Of a stretch of 64,000 nt of DNA, positions 1 to 12,411 are shown piece by piece. The notes under the pieces were generated by a model. It saw nothing but the letters and a program-made list of their open reading frames with translations, searched no databases and was not told the origin of the DNA. The stretch is from Carcharhinus amblyrhynchos (taxonomy: Eukaryota): assembly GCA_965287045.1 (NCBI GenBank), contig OZ336872.1, positions 97,278,001 through 97,342,000 on the forward strand. The letters are read 5' to 3'. Every line of letters starts with the position of its first letter. Position 1 is the first letter of the stretch. The position numbers and the translations under genes were made by a program.

Positions 1-751
1 CAGAAGGACAGGAACTTGTTAGTTTCAGTAATATCACTGAGAGGTGGCCACTGCTGAGAAGGCAGAGGACACCTCCATGCCAAGACACTCTCGAAGTCCA
101 GGTAAATTTTCTCTTCAACCTTTTCTTGAAAATGTTAATGATATCATGCATACAAGTGGGAATTCTAAAGTTTTCTGAACTCATAAGGCTCTAACTTAAT
201 GGTAGAAGTATGTTACTGGAGGAGTGACAGAGATGGTGATATCCAAGTAAGGAGTATGTGATTTGAAATTCATTCATAGGGCCAGATTTTGCTCATGAGC
301 TAACAGTAAGGTAATAGTGCTTGCCTTTACGAGAAGCTATGCAGTAACTATAGGCAAGGAGCAGATGCATTAAACGTGGGTATCCAAACATTGATTTTTG
401 TGTCACATCTCTCTTTTGCTTCCTGAGAGTAACAGCAACTCCTTAGTCTGTCTTTTTTTAAAGAACTTGCTATCCTTGCCCATTAATCTTGCTACAGAAA
501 ATTAAGCCTTGCTGTTACAAGTGTAAGTATTCTTTTGTCAATGTGATAAGTATTAATGACAGCTAATGAGTCTCTCTGACACCCAAAATTAACTATGACA
601 AATGCAGAGTCTCGTTCTTAAGGTTTTGAACTTCTGGAGGCAATTTTAAGATTTTTAACAAAATCATTCATTTTTAAGTGTCTTTCTATATTGTTTTTCC
701 CTCCTTTAATCTAATCTTTCTCCCCCTCATTTTATTTCACCTTTCTGTGGT

Positions 752-976
752 GCGGCACAGTGGCACGGTGCCAGGGACTTGGGTTAGATTCCCAGCTTGA
801 GTCACTATGTGTGTGGAGTTTGCATGTTCTCCATGTCTGCGTGGGTTTCTTCCGAGTGTTCTGGTTTCTTCCCACAGTCTGAAAGATGTGCTGCTTTGGT
901 GCATTGACCAGAACAGATTCCAGAGTATGGCGACTAGGAGAATTTCACAGTAACTTCATTGCAATGTTAATAAACT
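752..976 (+). mobile_element. HE1/V-SINE, tail type B
   Basis: tRNA-like head, gtgggtttc..ccg.gtg.tctggtttc core, cacagtaacttcattgca tail. Confidence 0.8.
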
Positions 977-1439
977 TTACTTTATTCTTGATTTGACACT
1001 GAAGTCAACTCTTTTAATTCTTTGTAGGTTTATTTCCTAATCTTTGCATCTCATGATAAGAAGATAGTTGGTCATCCTGTACACTTTTATCGCAGACATT
1101 CATTTCACTTACTGAACTCAGAAAAACTCATACTTCTGGCAACTTTAAATACAAAAATATTTTGACCTGAAAGATACAGGTATAAGTCTGATGGCAGGTT
1201 GTGTTCAATGCCCCACTACTCAACAAATCCAGCTAATTATAATTTAGCGCCAATACATGTTACTTGTCCCTAAGTTACTTCTCAGCTGTTGGAAAACTTA
1301 CTGAGTGTGTTTGTTGCAAATTAATGTGCATTACTTTTCCTTCACCTCTTATCTAAAGTTTTGTTGAAAAATATTTTCACATTCTATATTTAAAGAGTTT
1401 ACAAATGACTATGGTGTTTGAAGGTAGTGGTGTGTAACT

Positions 1440-1727
1440 TGGAGAGGCCAGATTGTTGTGGCAACGTGTACTTGCATGTTGTAGCCTGGAGCTATGGATA
1501 GTCATGGTTGAAACTCAAACTTTCTTTCCATCACATGACTGACCAGGAATCTCTCCTGCTCTTACCACCTGCTATTGGCAGATGTTAAAATGATTTGCAG
1601 GTTGATGTTTATCCTGTTTGACCATGTTATGGTTGCATCTTCCTTGGTTATCAAGTCCTGGACTGGGGCCTGAACCAGAGCTTCCAACCCAGAGGCAAGG
1701 ATGCTACCCACTGTGCCATAAGACCTC
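1440..1727 (-). mobile_element. Third tRNA-derived SINE family (related copies at about 4090-4390 and 33620-33862)
   Basis: Shared gctgaccaggaatctctcc and ccagagcttc...tacccactg.gcca.aagacc (reverse-complement tRNA-like head). Confidence 0.55.
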
Positions 1728-3267
1728 CATGAAAGTGTGTTTTTTTAATCAGCTAAATTAAATAGTTGATTCAAAAACTTAAATGGTGGAAGATTTTAGT
1801 TTAGATCAGAGTTCTCTCCTCATTTTATTCTGATTGTTGAAATAACTATTACTGGTTAAAGTTCAGCCTAATTAGGGTTGGACTATAAGTCAATAAAGAT
1901 TGAGCAAGAAGTTGATTCCTTTGTGACCTGAACTATGCTATGAGCATGTGTCAATATTCTATTTTAATGATCTATCTCTTTTGGAGTAAAATATTGTAGG
2001 TGTACTTTAAACAACAGGTTCTGTGTCAAAGAAGGTGATAGTATAACTAAATAATAAATATTCAGTGAAGTTTGATGGTTTGGTAGCCAGGTTTACTGGC
2101 CTCTGCTGGCAGAAAGGTAAAGACCATCTACAAGGGCAAGGACTCAGCTAGTGAAGTAGCATTTAGTTAAAGCCACTTTCTTGTTAAATAAAATATTTGA
2201 ATCCACAACTGAATCCTGTTCTTTTCCAATAACATGAATAGAACAATATCTCAGGATTTTAAAACTTGAGACAAGGTCAAATTCCCCTCTAATCTGTTCT
2301 CCAAATCTATTTTCAAATTAAGCAACTGTAACAGGCAGAGAATAGTTTCATTTGGTTTTTCTCTTGAGCACCAGTTACAAAAGTGTAATTTGCTCAGCTG
2401 CACTTACTCTCCAAGTCACAACATATAGTTCATGACTCTTCCATTGGTACTCAATGACAGTGTGAGTGAAGGCAGAAAATTAATTTTGCAGTGTTGTAAG
2501 CTGAAGGGCAATTAAATAATGACAATTGTGACCAACCAGTAGCCTATCTTGAGTGCCTAAGAAGGTTGGATTTCAATGATTTCTTTGGGGAGGTGGGGTG
2601 GGTGGTGGAGATGGGAGGCACTTGGAAAATGTAATTGCTTCAAAGCATTCAGTTGTAAATCGCATCAAAGCGTTCAGCTCAGATACTGGTTATGCAGGAG
2701 ATACATGGAAGAAGCTGGAAAGTGTGTGTGGACATAGCATGAGTAAACAGTAAATAAGGATGCATTGGCACACAACACTTCGGACCATATATTTTTCTGC
2801 CATCGATCTGCTCTGTGGTATTATTGGATAATCCCAAGAGAATAGATTTTTAAATGTCTTCCATTCTCTCCCTCTCTTGTTTCCAGATCAGGCAGGTATT
2901 GAACACATTGTTGAGTTTTCCCACCTGCCAGGCAAGCTGTTTTGTTGTCTTTTGGAGTGCCAAGATAAGGGAGCCATCCTTAAATCCATCTTAAATAATA
3001 GCTAATTCATTCTAAACATGAGCCGATTGCTGCCCTACACTCTTAAGCAAAGAGGTTTTATTTCCTCTGCAAAGGATTTTTCATCTATTTCTCTCCCCTC
3101 AACATATGCAATGACTGTCAAACATTTTGGACTATTTCCAGTTCTTCAGCAAGTTTTCAAACATATATTATCATGGTTGTATCACTTTCTCCATAGCTTT
3201 CCAAAGTATTCCCCACAATTTTTGCTGCCATCCTATCACAGCTTAACTGGCTATACATATTAATTAC

Positions 3268-3460
3268 ATTAACACTGGCTTCTGTGAGAGGGGAGCTGGG
3301 AAACATGTGCCCAGGACAGTCTTTGTAGATTTGGAATCAATTGTGATTGACGAAATCCGTACTGGAATCTATCATCAACAGTTCTGCCCTCTTCACTGGC
3401 AAGGACGATGCTGCCAACAACTACGCTCATGACCATTATTGCATCCGTGCACAGATCACT
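3268..3460 (+). pseudogene. Processed alpha-tubulin fragment (about residues 49-115)
   Basis: Reads [39 protein letters not shown], then after a frameshifting deletion [17 protein letters not shown]. Alpha-tubulin reads [60 protein letters not shown]. There is no intron at the Asp76 codon. Confidence 0.9.
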
Positions 3461-3593
3461 AACAAAGCCTTTGGTCACCTACTCTAACATCTCCTTCGGT
3501 AGCTCAGTGTTTAATGTTTTTGATGACATCGCAGTGGATTGATTTGGGACATCTTGCTACTTTAAAGATAGCACACAAATGAAAATTGTTGTG
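3461..3593 (+). mobile_element. L2-type LINE 3' tail
   Basis: aaagcctttggtcacct...ttgggacatcttgctactttaaag...aaattgttgtgg resembles the tails at about 16945-17100 (-) and 59880-60010 (+). Confidence 0.7.
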
Positions 3594-4811
3594 GTACTGC
3601 AATAATTCAAAATCCAATCCACTCTGCCATGTGAAGTGATCCAGCTCTGCTGAAGGCACCAGGACTGGAAAATTGACCCATGCATTTTCTATCATGTATC
3701 CAAATCTTTTTAGAAGCCTTGAGCTTTAAATATTCAGATCTTTTCACCATATTACTGTGAAATCACAACCATTATCGATAACACCTTTTATCACATGAAA
3801 TGCTTGGCTGAGAAATGAGAGTGAAGAATTATAACCAGGGTTCCAGAAGGAAAATGCTTCACGTAACTGAAACCTAGTATTTATGAGGATAGTATAATTT
3901 ACATTGCTGGAGGTTATAATTATCCCATTTCAATTCATCTTACCCTTGAGATAGTCTAAGCTCCTTTCAGAATTTAAGTGAGATGACAGAGGTGCAGGAT
4001 CACTTGGAAATGTGGAAGCAGAGGTCTGAAAAGTTTGATGCAGTTGTAAAGAGTGTGAAATATGGTTTCTCTTCCCAAGCCTAATGGCGCACAAGGCAGA
4101 CTTTCATCTGTTCCCATTGCAAGGTTTTTTCCTAGAGCAGGCTCACTAGCCTGTTACCAGATGTTATGCTTGAGGGCCACCATTCTTCATCAAGCTTGGC
4201 TGACCAGGAATCTCTCCCGCTCTTATTGCCAGCTGTGTGTTGGATGGATTTTGCAGGATGATACGCAAGTAATCAACCAATTGGCCATGTTATGAACACA
4301 GCTTCCTGTCTATCAGTTCCTGAAGTAGAACTGGAACCCAGAGCTTCTATCGCAGAAGCAGGGACATTACCCACTGCACTAAAAGGCCTCCTACCATTAA
4401 ACGCACCTGTATGGAAAAAAACGTGCAATTGGGCTAAGAGTAGTGAGGACTGTTGGAACTCATTGCCCCAGTGTCACTTAGTTATACATTATTTACGGTC
4501 ATACAATTCAAGGCTAATTGTTACCACTGGAGGAAAATTCCTAACTTTAATGAATGTATCATACTTTTTTGTTTGCAATTATCAGTTTTAAATTTGTAAT
4601 ATTTCATTAATTTCTTGATTTGCGACATGCTTGGTGTTTGACTTATGAATACAAAAGGCCTTTTTTATAAATGGTGGATTGTCTCATTTGGATCACGTTA
4701 TATTAGAATTCCATAAAGAACAACCAAAAATGCTGGTTGTTACTATATTGTCACTTCTTAATCCTCACAGGTTTCTACTATTGGATATCAGACTAACCTA
4801 ATAAGTCAGAG

Positions 4812-5115
4812 AATCATCAAATCAAAGAATCCCTACAGTGCAGAAGAAGGCCATTTGGCCCATTGGGTCTGCACCAACCACAATCCCACCCAGGCCCTAT
4901 TCCCATAATCCTATGCATTTATCCTAGCTAGTCACGCTGACACTAAGGGGCAATTTAGCATGGCCAATTCACCTAACCTACACATCTTTGGACTTTGGGA
5001 GCAAACCAGAGTACTCACAGGAAGTCCATGCAGATACGGGGAGAATGTGCAAGCTCCACACAGACAGATACTTGGTGCTGTGAGGCAGCAGTGCTAACCA
5101 CTGTGCCGCCGTGCC
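4812..5115 (-). mobile_element. HE1/V-SINE, tail type A
   Basis: Reverse complement of head ggcggcacagtggttagcactgctgcctcacagc ... ctgcactgtagggattct. Confidence 0.85.
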
Positions 5116-5309
5116 GCCCGTGCCGAGATAAAGCAAAAATGATGCTTGCCTTTTTAAAAAAATATATATCTTTATAGAGTTATACACACACTCTGGCTAA
5201 GTAAATCAGCATTAATAATCTAATGTGGAAAAGTAGAAGTAGTTGGAGGGGAGAGAAAGTAGAAATGTTTGATGACTGTATCAGTACAAAGTCCTGCTCT
5301 TACTCTAAA

Positions 5310-7200
5310 ATGGAAAATTTCATCAACTTCTCCAAACCTCCCTCACCTTCATATGGTCCATCTTCCATTTTTGATTCTCTGTCTCCATTCCCATAGGTAA
5401 GTTACTGACCAATATCAACTATAAACCTCTGATTCCTACAGCTATCCTGACTCGATACCTTCCCACCCTGCTTCCTCTAATGGTTTTATTCCGTTCTCCC
5501 AGTTTCTCTGTCTCTGTTGCTTTTGTCCTGGCAATGTTATCTTCCACACCAATGTTTCCAATGTGTCTTCATTTCTCCCTCAACCAAAACATTCTGCTTC
5601 ACTGTGGTTGACAGGGTCCTCGACTGTGTCCACTCCATTTGCCTCATGACTGCTCACTCCCTGTCCTTTCCTTCCCAGAACCATGATAGGATTCCCGTTG
5701 CTCTCACTTTCCACCCAATGACCTCCATATTAAATAGATCATCCTCCCCAAATACCAGTGGGATGCTGCCACCAAATCGTTATTCACCTTCCCGTTCAGA
5801 TTCTGAAGAGATTGTTCCTTCACAATGATCCACCCCTCAATCACTGCCAACAACCATTCTCCTTCCCATGGCACCTTTCCATGCAAGTATAGGAGATGCA
5901 ACACCAGCCTGTTTACCTCTTCCTTTTCCAACATCCAAAATAGCAGTGGGTCTCTTTCAATTTAGTATACTGTATTCACTATTTACCACGCTGTTACCAT
6001 TACATTTGGGATGCTAAACACAGTTTGGGTGCTTGTTTTGTAGAATGCCTCCATTCAGTCTGCAAGCATGACCCTGAGCCTCCAGTTGCCTATCTCTTTA
6101 ATTCTTCACCCCTTTCTCATTCTGTCCTCTCTGCTTTCCGCCTCCTTTCTTGTTTCAATGGAGCTTAATGTAAGCTTGAGGAAAAGCACTTCATCTTCTG
6201 GTTAGGCCCTTTGTAGCCTTCTGCATTCAACATTGAACTGAACAATTTCAGATCATAACCTCTGTTTATGATGATTTAGCTTTTCCCATTTACTCCTCCT
6301 CACGGTCCATCTTTTATTTCTTCACTTTATCCCATTAACATCTTATTTTTCCTTGGAACATCATTGCTTTTGTCATTTAATCTTTCCTGCTTTCACCCCT
6401 TCACAGACCTTCCCCTTTGTTCTTTTGGCCCCCTCCATTTCCTTGCCTTTACTTTGTTTGAATCCGATAGCATTTCTCAATATTTCCAGCTCTGATGAAA
6501 GTTATCGTCCTGAAATGTTGGACAGAATTTTTGATCACCTGAGGAGGTGCGGTCACAGGGGATGTGGCGCAATATCCTGTTGCCAATCGGAATGCCACAG
6601 CCCTGTCTTCAGACCATTTTTGTTCAGGGAGGACCAGGGTTGATAACTCAGTCGGCCAGTAAAGATTCTCTTAAGGCGATAGCGCAGACACCAACTGGAA
6701 TCTTACAGACCGCATATGGGCCCTCACTGAGGCTGAAACATTGACAAGGGATGAAGAACTGGGAAAGGGCCTGCTCTCCATCCCACTAAGGAACCCTCCT
6801 CCTCCACACCTGCCATAGACATAGGGCTACAGATGTTGTCATGGGTGACCTGAATTTACAAATTTATAAATGCTCTTCAAAGGTCACTTCTGTCTTGAGA
6901 TTATCCACATTGGCAGTACTCATCTCTGACAGGCAGCTGATCTCTCTGCTGAAGGACATCCCACTGACCTTCTAACTTCAGGACCCCACCATCACGCTGT
7001 TGAAAATCACGTCTGCCATTAGATGCTGACACAATGGGGGCTTGGGTTTTAAAAATGCACCGGATGTCGGGATTCCCACCATAGAACAAGAACTCAGCCT
7101 ATTAACTTGCATTCGAAGGATGCTGCCTGACCTGCTGGGTGTTTCCAGCATTTTCTGTTTTGATTTCAGATTTCCAGCACTCACACTACTTTGCCTTTTG
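5310..7200 (+). mobile_element. Degenerate Penelope-like retroelement (RT C-terminus, GIY-YIG region, 3' repeat), interrupted by a MITE
   Basis: Positions 5960-6250 give a broken VYCI..Y(I)G..K..LG..F.E.L.SV..LPVA..FNS..KLEEKHFIFWLG.L.P..FNIELNNF, i.e. a GIY-YIG-like endonuclease. The CTGATGA...GAAA motif lies at 6492-6515, and the gatgctgcctgacctgctg terminal repeat resumes after 7100. Confidence 0.7.
6520..7099. mobile_element. Non-autonomous Harbinger-like element (MITE)
   Basis: Imperfect terminal inverted repeats (ggacagaatttt ... aagaactcagcc) interrupt the Penelope repeat at gaaatgtt / tattaact. Confidence 0.55.
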
Positions 7201-7842
7201 TTGAAATGATTCTAGTTGTCTGGGTTCTGGGAATGGAATTTATGTACTGGATTAACGTATCAAGATAGTGCACTATTTCATGCTGTCAGTGTCTGAAACC
7301 AAGGCAGGTTCCTGCCAATTTGGAATTTGAGCAGAGCTGCTGGGTTTGAAGCCTTTATTATTCCCGATAGACGATTGCATTATTTCATGATTCCAACTCC
7401 AATGTTATCACTAAAAGGGGAAGAGAACTTGGGCATTGATTGATTGTTGAATGATCCAGTTCCACTAAACAAATCAAATCAGTTTCTAGCACAGATTCAA
7501 TAAGTTCAAGGATGGTAACATGCTCTCACTGTTTCTCTAGTGCAACAATTTATCTCCTTCACCGATCTCATTTGCAATTCAATCCTCTTCTCATCTTCAT
7601 CTTTCACTATCTGGTGTTTAGTTTCAGCAAACTGCTACGTCTGGTGTTCAGCAACTACTGTAAAGAACCACTTACGGGTGCATCATGCCAGAGGCGCCGC
7701 ATATTTATTTGCAGCCCTGATCCAGCTTCCTTGGGGAAAGGAGGGGAGAGAACATGATGCGTAATAATACTGTTTGAAACACCGAATAATCCGTCTCTCT
7801 CATTTACTGCGTTCCCTCTAAATGTTCCCTACTTTCAGCAGT

Positions 7843-8130
7843 GGGCAGCATGGTAGTTAGCACTGCTGCCTCACAGAGCCAGGAATCTGGGTTCGATTCC
7901 CAGCCTGGGTCACCGTCTGTGTGGTGTTTGCATATTGCCTGCGTGGGTTTCCTTTGGGTGCTCCAGTTTCCTCCCACAGTCCGAAAGAAGTGCAGGTTTG
8001 GTGATTGGCCTTGCTAAATTTTCTCCCAACATACCCGAACAGGCGCCGGAGTGTGGCAACTAGGGGATTTTCACAGTAACTTCATTGCAGTGTTAATGTA
8101 AGCCTACTGGTGACTCTAATAAATAGACTT
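7843..8130 (+). mobile_element. HE1/V-SINE, tail type B
   Basis: gttagcactgctgcctcacag, gggttcgattccc B box, aacttcattgcagtgttaatgtaagcc tail. Confidence 0.85.
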
Positions 8131-8635
8131 TATAGGTAGGTTATCCAATGTATCTCCTTTCTGAATTAACATTGGCTTACTACACAACAAAAATTTCCAG
8201 TTTTTTTAAATTCAAATGTTCAATGCACATGGGCACAATTAAGCCCTTCCGTTTCTTTAAGGATGTCAATCATATCTCACTGAAGCCTATGCCTTCCTGC
8301 AGTATAAACATATAGTTCTCTAAACTTGTCAAGGTGAGGATGTTTAAATTAAAAAGCAATTGATTGACCCTCTTTTGAATCTTTTCTAGAGCCTCTATAT
8401 CACCAACTGTGTGAGTGGACCAGAACTGGATACAGTATTCTAGATAAAGCAAATGTCGTAGTATTACACCATTCTGCTCTTTTCTTTATATTCATTAGCC
8501 TTAACAATACACTTTTATGATAGCATCACATTGCTAATCATGAAACTTTAAAGATCCACCATATATTGCTTAAAGCAAAGCGCTCATAGGCACAGCTCTC
8601 ATTTTTTCAATTAGTCTTGAGTGAATGTCAACATT

Positions 8636-8915
8636 AGCATAGTGGTTAGCACTGCTGCCTCACAATGCCAGGAACCCGGGTTCGATTCCCGGCTTGGGTC
8701 TCTGTGCGGAGTCTGCATGTTCTCCCCATGTCTGTGTGGGTTTCCTCCGTGTGTTCTGCTTTATTGCCACAGCCCGAAAGACCATGAATTGGCCATGCTA
8801 AATTCTCTCTTAGCGTACCCGAACAGGCACCAGAATGTGCTGACTAGGGATTTTCACAGTAACTTCATTGCAGTGTTAATCTCAGCCTACTTGTGACACT
8901 AATAAATAAACTTTA
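8636..8915 (+). mobile_element. HE1/V-SINE, tail type B
   Basis: Same head; ends cctacttgtgacactaataaataaactt. Confidence 0.85.
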
Positions 8916-8951
8916 AACAACTGTACCAACAGCCTGATCTGATTTGAGATT

Positions 8952-9780
8952 GAGTGTAATTCTCCCAATCTCCACGTAATCAGATCCACATCAGACATCG
9001 GCACGGAGCTGATTATAATATGGAAATCAGGACTGAAGTCTTCGGGCCTGCTAGCGTTCCTCCCCCTTCACTACTTGTTGGGAATAGTTGCACCCAGCAC
9101 TGCCCAACGGGCATCTTGGCATTGCCCATCAGATATTGGGCAGTGCCAAAGGGGTTGAGCCAGAGGGAACATGGCCTATTGGAGGGATCCAATCTATAGG
9201 GAGTCTGGGGGGGCCCTGCTGCCACTCTGCACAGGGATCACAGGCAGAGGGAAGACAGTGATCGGGGCTGGCCATCAGTGTGAAATGGTTGGGTCCGCAG
9301 AAGGGTGGGCTGGAATGCTGGAGGGATGGGGGGGGTGGACTGCTGGAGGGATGGGGGGACAGGGACGGGAGACTGAATGGGGAGATCTGGGCTGGACAGG
9401 AGGGTGGGGGAGCACTAGAGCTGGCCTGGAGAGTTCGAAGTGACTTGCAATCGGGGAACTGGGGATCAGAGGAGCATCGATGGGTGGTTGCGGGCTGGCT
9501 AGTGATCAGGAGGCCGGCAATGCAGGGCCCTGTGCATATGCCAAACTTGTCGCTGACAGATCGCCGCGTGTGCAGTGGCCTACTCAGTGGCTATGCTACT
9601 GGCCTACTGGGTGGGAATAGGACCCACCCCCTGATTTTCAGAGTGAATCCCACTAGGGTACTCTGTGAGGTACAGAGTATGGGAGATTCAATCTGAAAAT
9701 CGCGCTAAAAAAATCAGTGGGAGTTACTCCCATCTTCACACAAATTGGGGATGTAAAATTTTTTTGAGAGAAGCCCAGCC
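8952..9780. mobile_element. Non-autonomous Harbinger-like element
   Basis: Ends gagtgtaattctccc ... gagagaagcccagcc, with a G-rich interior. The right end resembles the reverse complement of the element starting at 58158. Confidence 0.55.
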
Positions 9781-11249
9781 TATATTTGCATCTATTTTGA
9801 CATTTACAACATTAGCTTAAACTCACATTTCTTGAATGGCAATTGAGCGTAATCTGTTGGAGGAAAGGTTGATGCAAAATAAATATTTAAAGTTTCTGTC
9901 ATAACCTGGGTGTCACCTGAAACTGTCTTTCAGAGTTCTAATAACAGCTCCACATTTTCCTTGAAGAAATATTACAATACCTTTACAAGGGAGATGATGA
10001 TGACTGGGACAGTAATTCAATGACTATAAACCTTGATAGCTGAAGACATAGTTACAAATGGTTGGGCATAGGAAGTGAGAAAATGCATAGAAGCTATAAT
10101 TGTATGGTGATCACAATGTTCTTGAACGGTCTTAGGGCATCAGTGTTGGGGGTGGAGGGTGGGACCTTGGGAGACAAGCCATAGAAGAATTTGAGTGCTA
10201 ATACATGAATTTTAAAATCACAACGCACCATGAGTCAATGGAAGTGAGTGAGCACAGACTTGCTGCATGAACAGGACTTGATACGAGTTTGGATATGGTC
10301 AGCAAAGAAGTAAATGAGTTTAAGTTTACGGTGGGTAGAAGGTGGAAGGCTGTCCAGGAGAACATTAGGTTTGTCAAGTCTATAGATAACAAAAGCTTGG
10401 TGAAGGTTTTAGCAGAAGGTGGGGCTGGTGCAGAGGCCAATATAATTGGGATAATGGAGGTAGAAGTCGATGGTCCTTGTAATTATAATGAAGATTGCCA
10501 AACTTAAATAATAGACATCAAAAGCTAATTTGTAGGCTTAAATAAAAGTTCAGTCTTTTGTTATGTGTCCCTTCAAGCTAAGTTAAACAATAATTTAATA
10601 TAATTACGAACTCATGAAAGCAAATTCCATTCCTCCATTAGGTTGCAAACTAACATATTTCTTGGTGCTTTTATTTATTCAGTTTGTACTGTAGTGTTTG
10701 CCTGTTTTGAATTTTTAATTTCTAAATACTTCAAATAATAATGTAGTCCCTCTCAATTTCTTTTCTCCCCTTCACATAATGTTGAAGAAATATTTCTGGC
10801 TTGTTGTGGTTAACATTTGCAGTCTTTAAGACACTTGCACATTCCAGGAGTGTGACTCGCTGATTTATGAGTTGCTGAATTTAGTCACTATTTAAAAGCA
10901 TTTGTGAAGCTTCATTACACTTTGTAATATAATTAATCGCATGCAATTTGCTCCAGTGCCAAAATCCATATTTTTTTCGATCTTTTGTTCCTAAAGCACT
11001 ACTTGTGGATTAAAAATTGTCAAAATTTTGTAGGCAAGCCTCTTGAGTACTTATTGTTACAAGTATGATTCACTGTTCGCCAAAGCATTTTAAAATTCTC
11101 CTTTTGCTTTTTGCATACCTGTATTACCTTTGATACATAAGTTGCTATCACTGTTTGCTTTGCACAGCAGTATTCCTTTGGCAGATATCTTTGCCCCTTA
11201 GAACTGTTGCTGCCGACAACTGCTTCATTAGCAGCAACCATCTGTGTTC

Positions 11250-11960
11250 AATGTGGGAATTCCTGTTGCAGTGATGGATTTGGAGGAGGAACAGGAGCTG
11301 AGGCAAAGGGACCAAAGCAGGTGCACTTTCTCCTCTGGCATCTGGGCCACACTTGGCTTCATTCCAGATGTCGAGTCTTCAAACAAAGACACACCTACTT
11401 GGGAATGCTTGAAGAGACCTGCTTTCATCGTTTGTGTTTCAAGGGGGAGATGATAGTAAAGTTATGCTGTTGCATCTACTTCAACTGACAAACAAGATGT
11501 ACCACAGGGACAGCCCTGCAGAGCTGTAAAGGTTATCACAGCGTTAAGTTTAATGCAACTGTGCTCTTAAAAGTAAATATGAGTGCCATTTGCTGCATCA
11601 ATCAGTCTTTAGTCTATTAAGGATTTGTGCATAAAACACATGAGCAAGAGGAACATTCCTTTTTATTGTTTTCCCCATAGGAACAAAGTGAGAGTATTAC
11701 CAAGCAGCAAGCTTTCCAAAGTGGCAGGCCTCATTCCTGCCATGCAAATGACTACCGACAGCTCAGTAGCATCAGTGAATAGGAGAGATTTCCAATCTAA
11801 TAATGTGACAATGATTTCAGGGAGAGAAACCATGTAAATGTACAAAGCCCAAACAACATAATCCTGAATGACACTAGCATCCCCGTAACTGCATGGCTGA
11901 TTTCTAGGACATCAAAGATGCCCATATCAGCATTAACAGACACTTAAATAGACATGGAGC
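11250..11960 (+). mobile_element. Fossil PIF/Harbinger transposase (HARBI1-like), frameshifted
   Basis: Colinear broken motifs RVFKQRHTYLGMLEETCFHRLCFKGEMIVKLC, TAL..AVKVITALS, KVAGLIP and VNRRDFQSNNV (compare the family motif NRKGFHSINVQ), then a decayed GWLLGD-like segment near 11895. Confidence 0.7.
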
Positions 11961-12411
11961 AGACATACATTGATGATGATGACTCCTGTTGGAATGTACA
12001 ATTGAAATGTTCAAACATATCAATAAAAGTAAGGTTCCATAGCCTTGGCAAGAAGTCCAAAGTTATCTGGGGTGAAAGGAGGCAGTGTACACAGATTATT
12101 TGAAGGGAAGCCTCGTAACAGTAGGATCACAGTGGTGAAGCAAGTCAACTTGAAAATGTAAGAAAGAAGGTTGATCACACATTTATTTAATTCTAAAAAG
12201 CATTCTCTAAAAATGGTCATAAATGCATACACTCAAATTCATTTAATCAATGCAATTGTAATGGCTAAGTTAATGCATAATACAAGATAGCAGAGGTACA
12301 GATGGATAAATAATAATCAACTTTGGAAGAAAGAACAATGTCACACAATTACATAAAATTGTGAATATTTCTTATCAATAATATTAAGCTGATATTTGGA
12401 ACATATTCACA

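Noticed and set aside
7843-7915. tRNA genes at SINE heads
   Set aside because: The A/B-box heads run straight into the V-SINE core and do not form a complete cloverleaf.
11625-11837. Terminal exon of an upstream host gene
   Set aside because: The peptide matches Harbinger transposase motifs within a frameshifted fossil.
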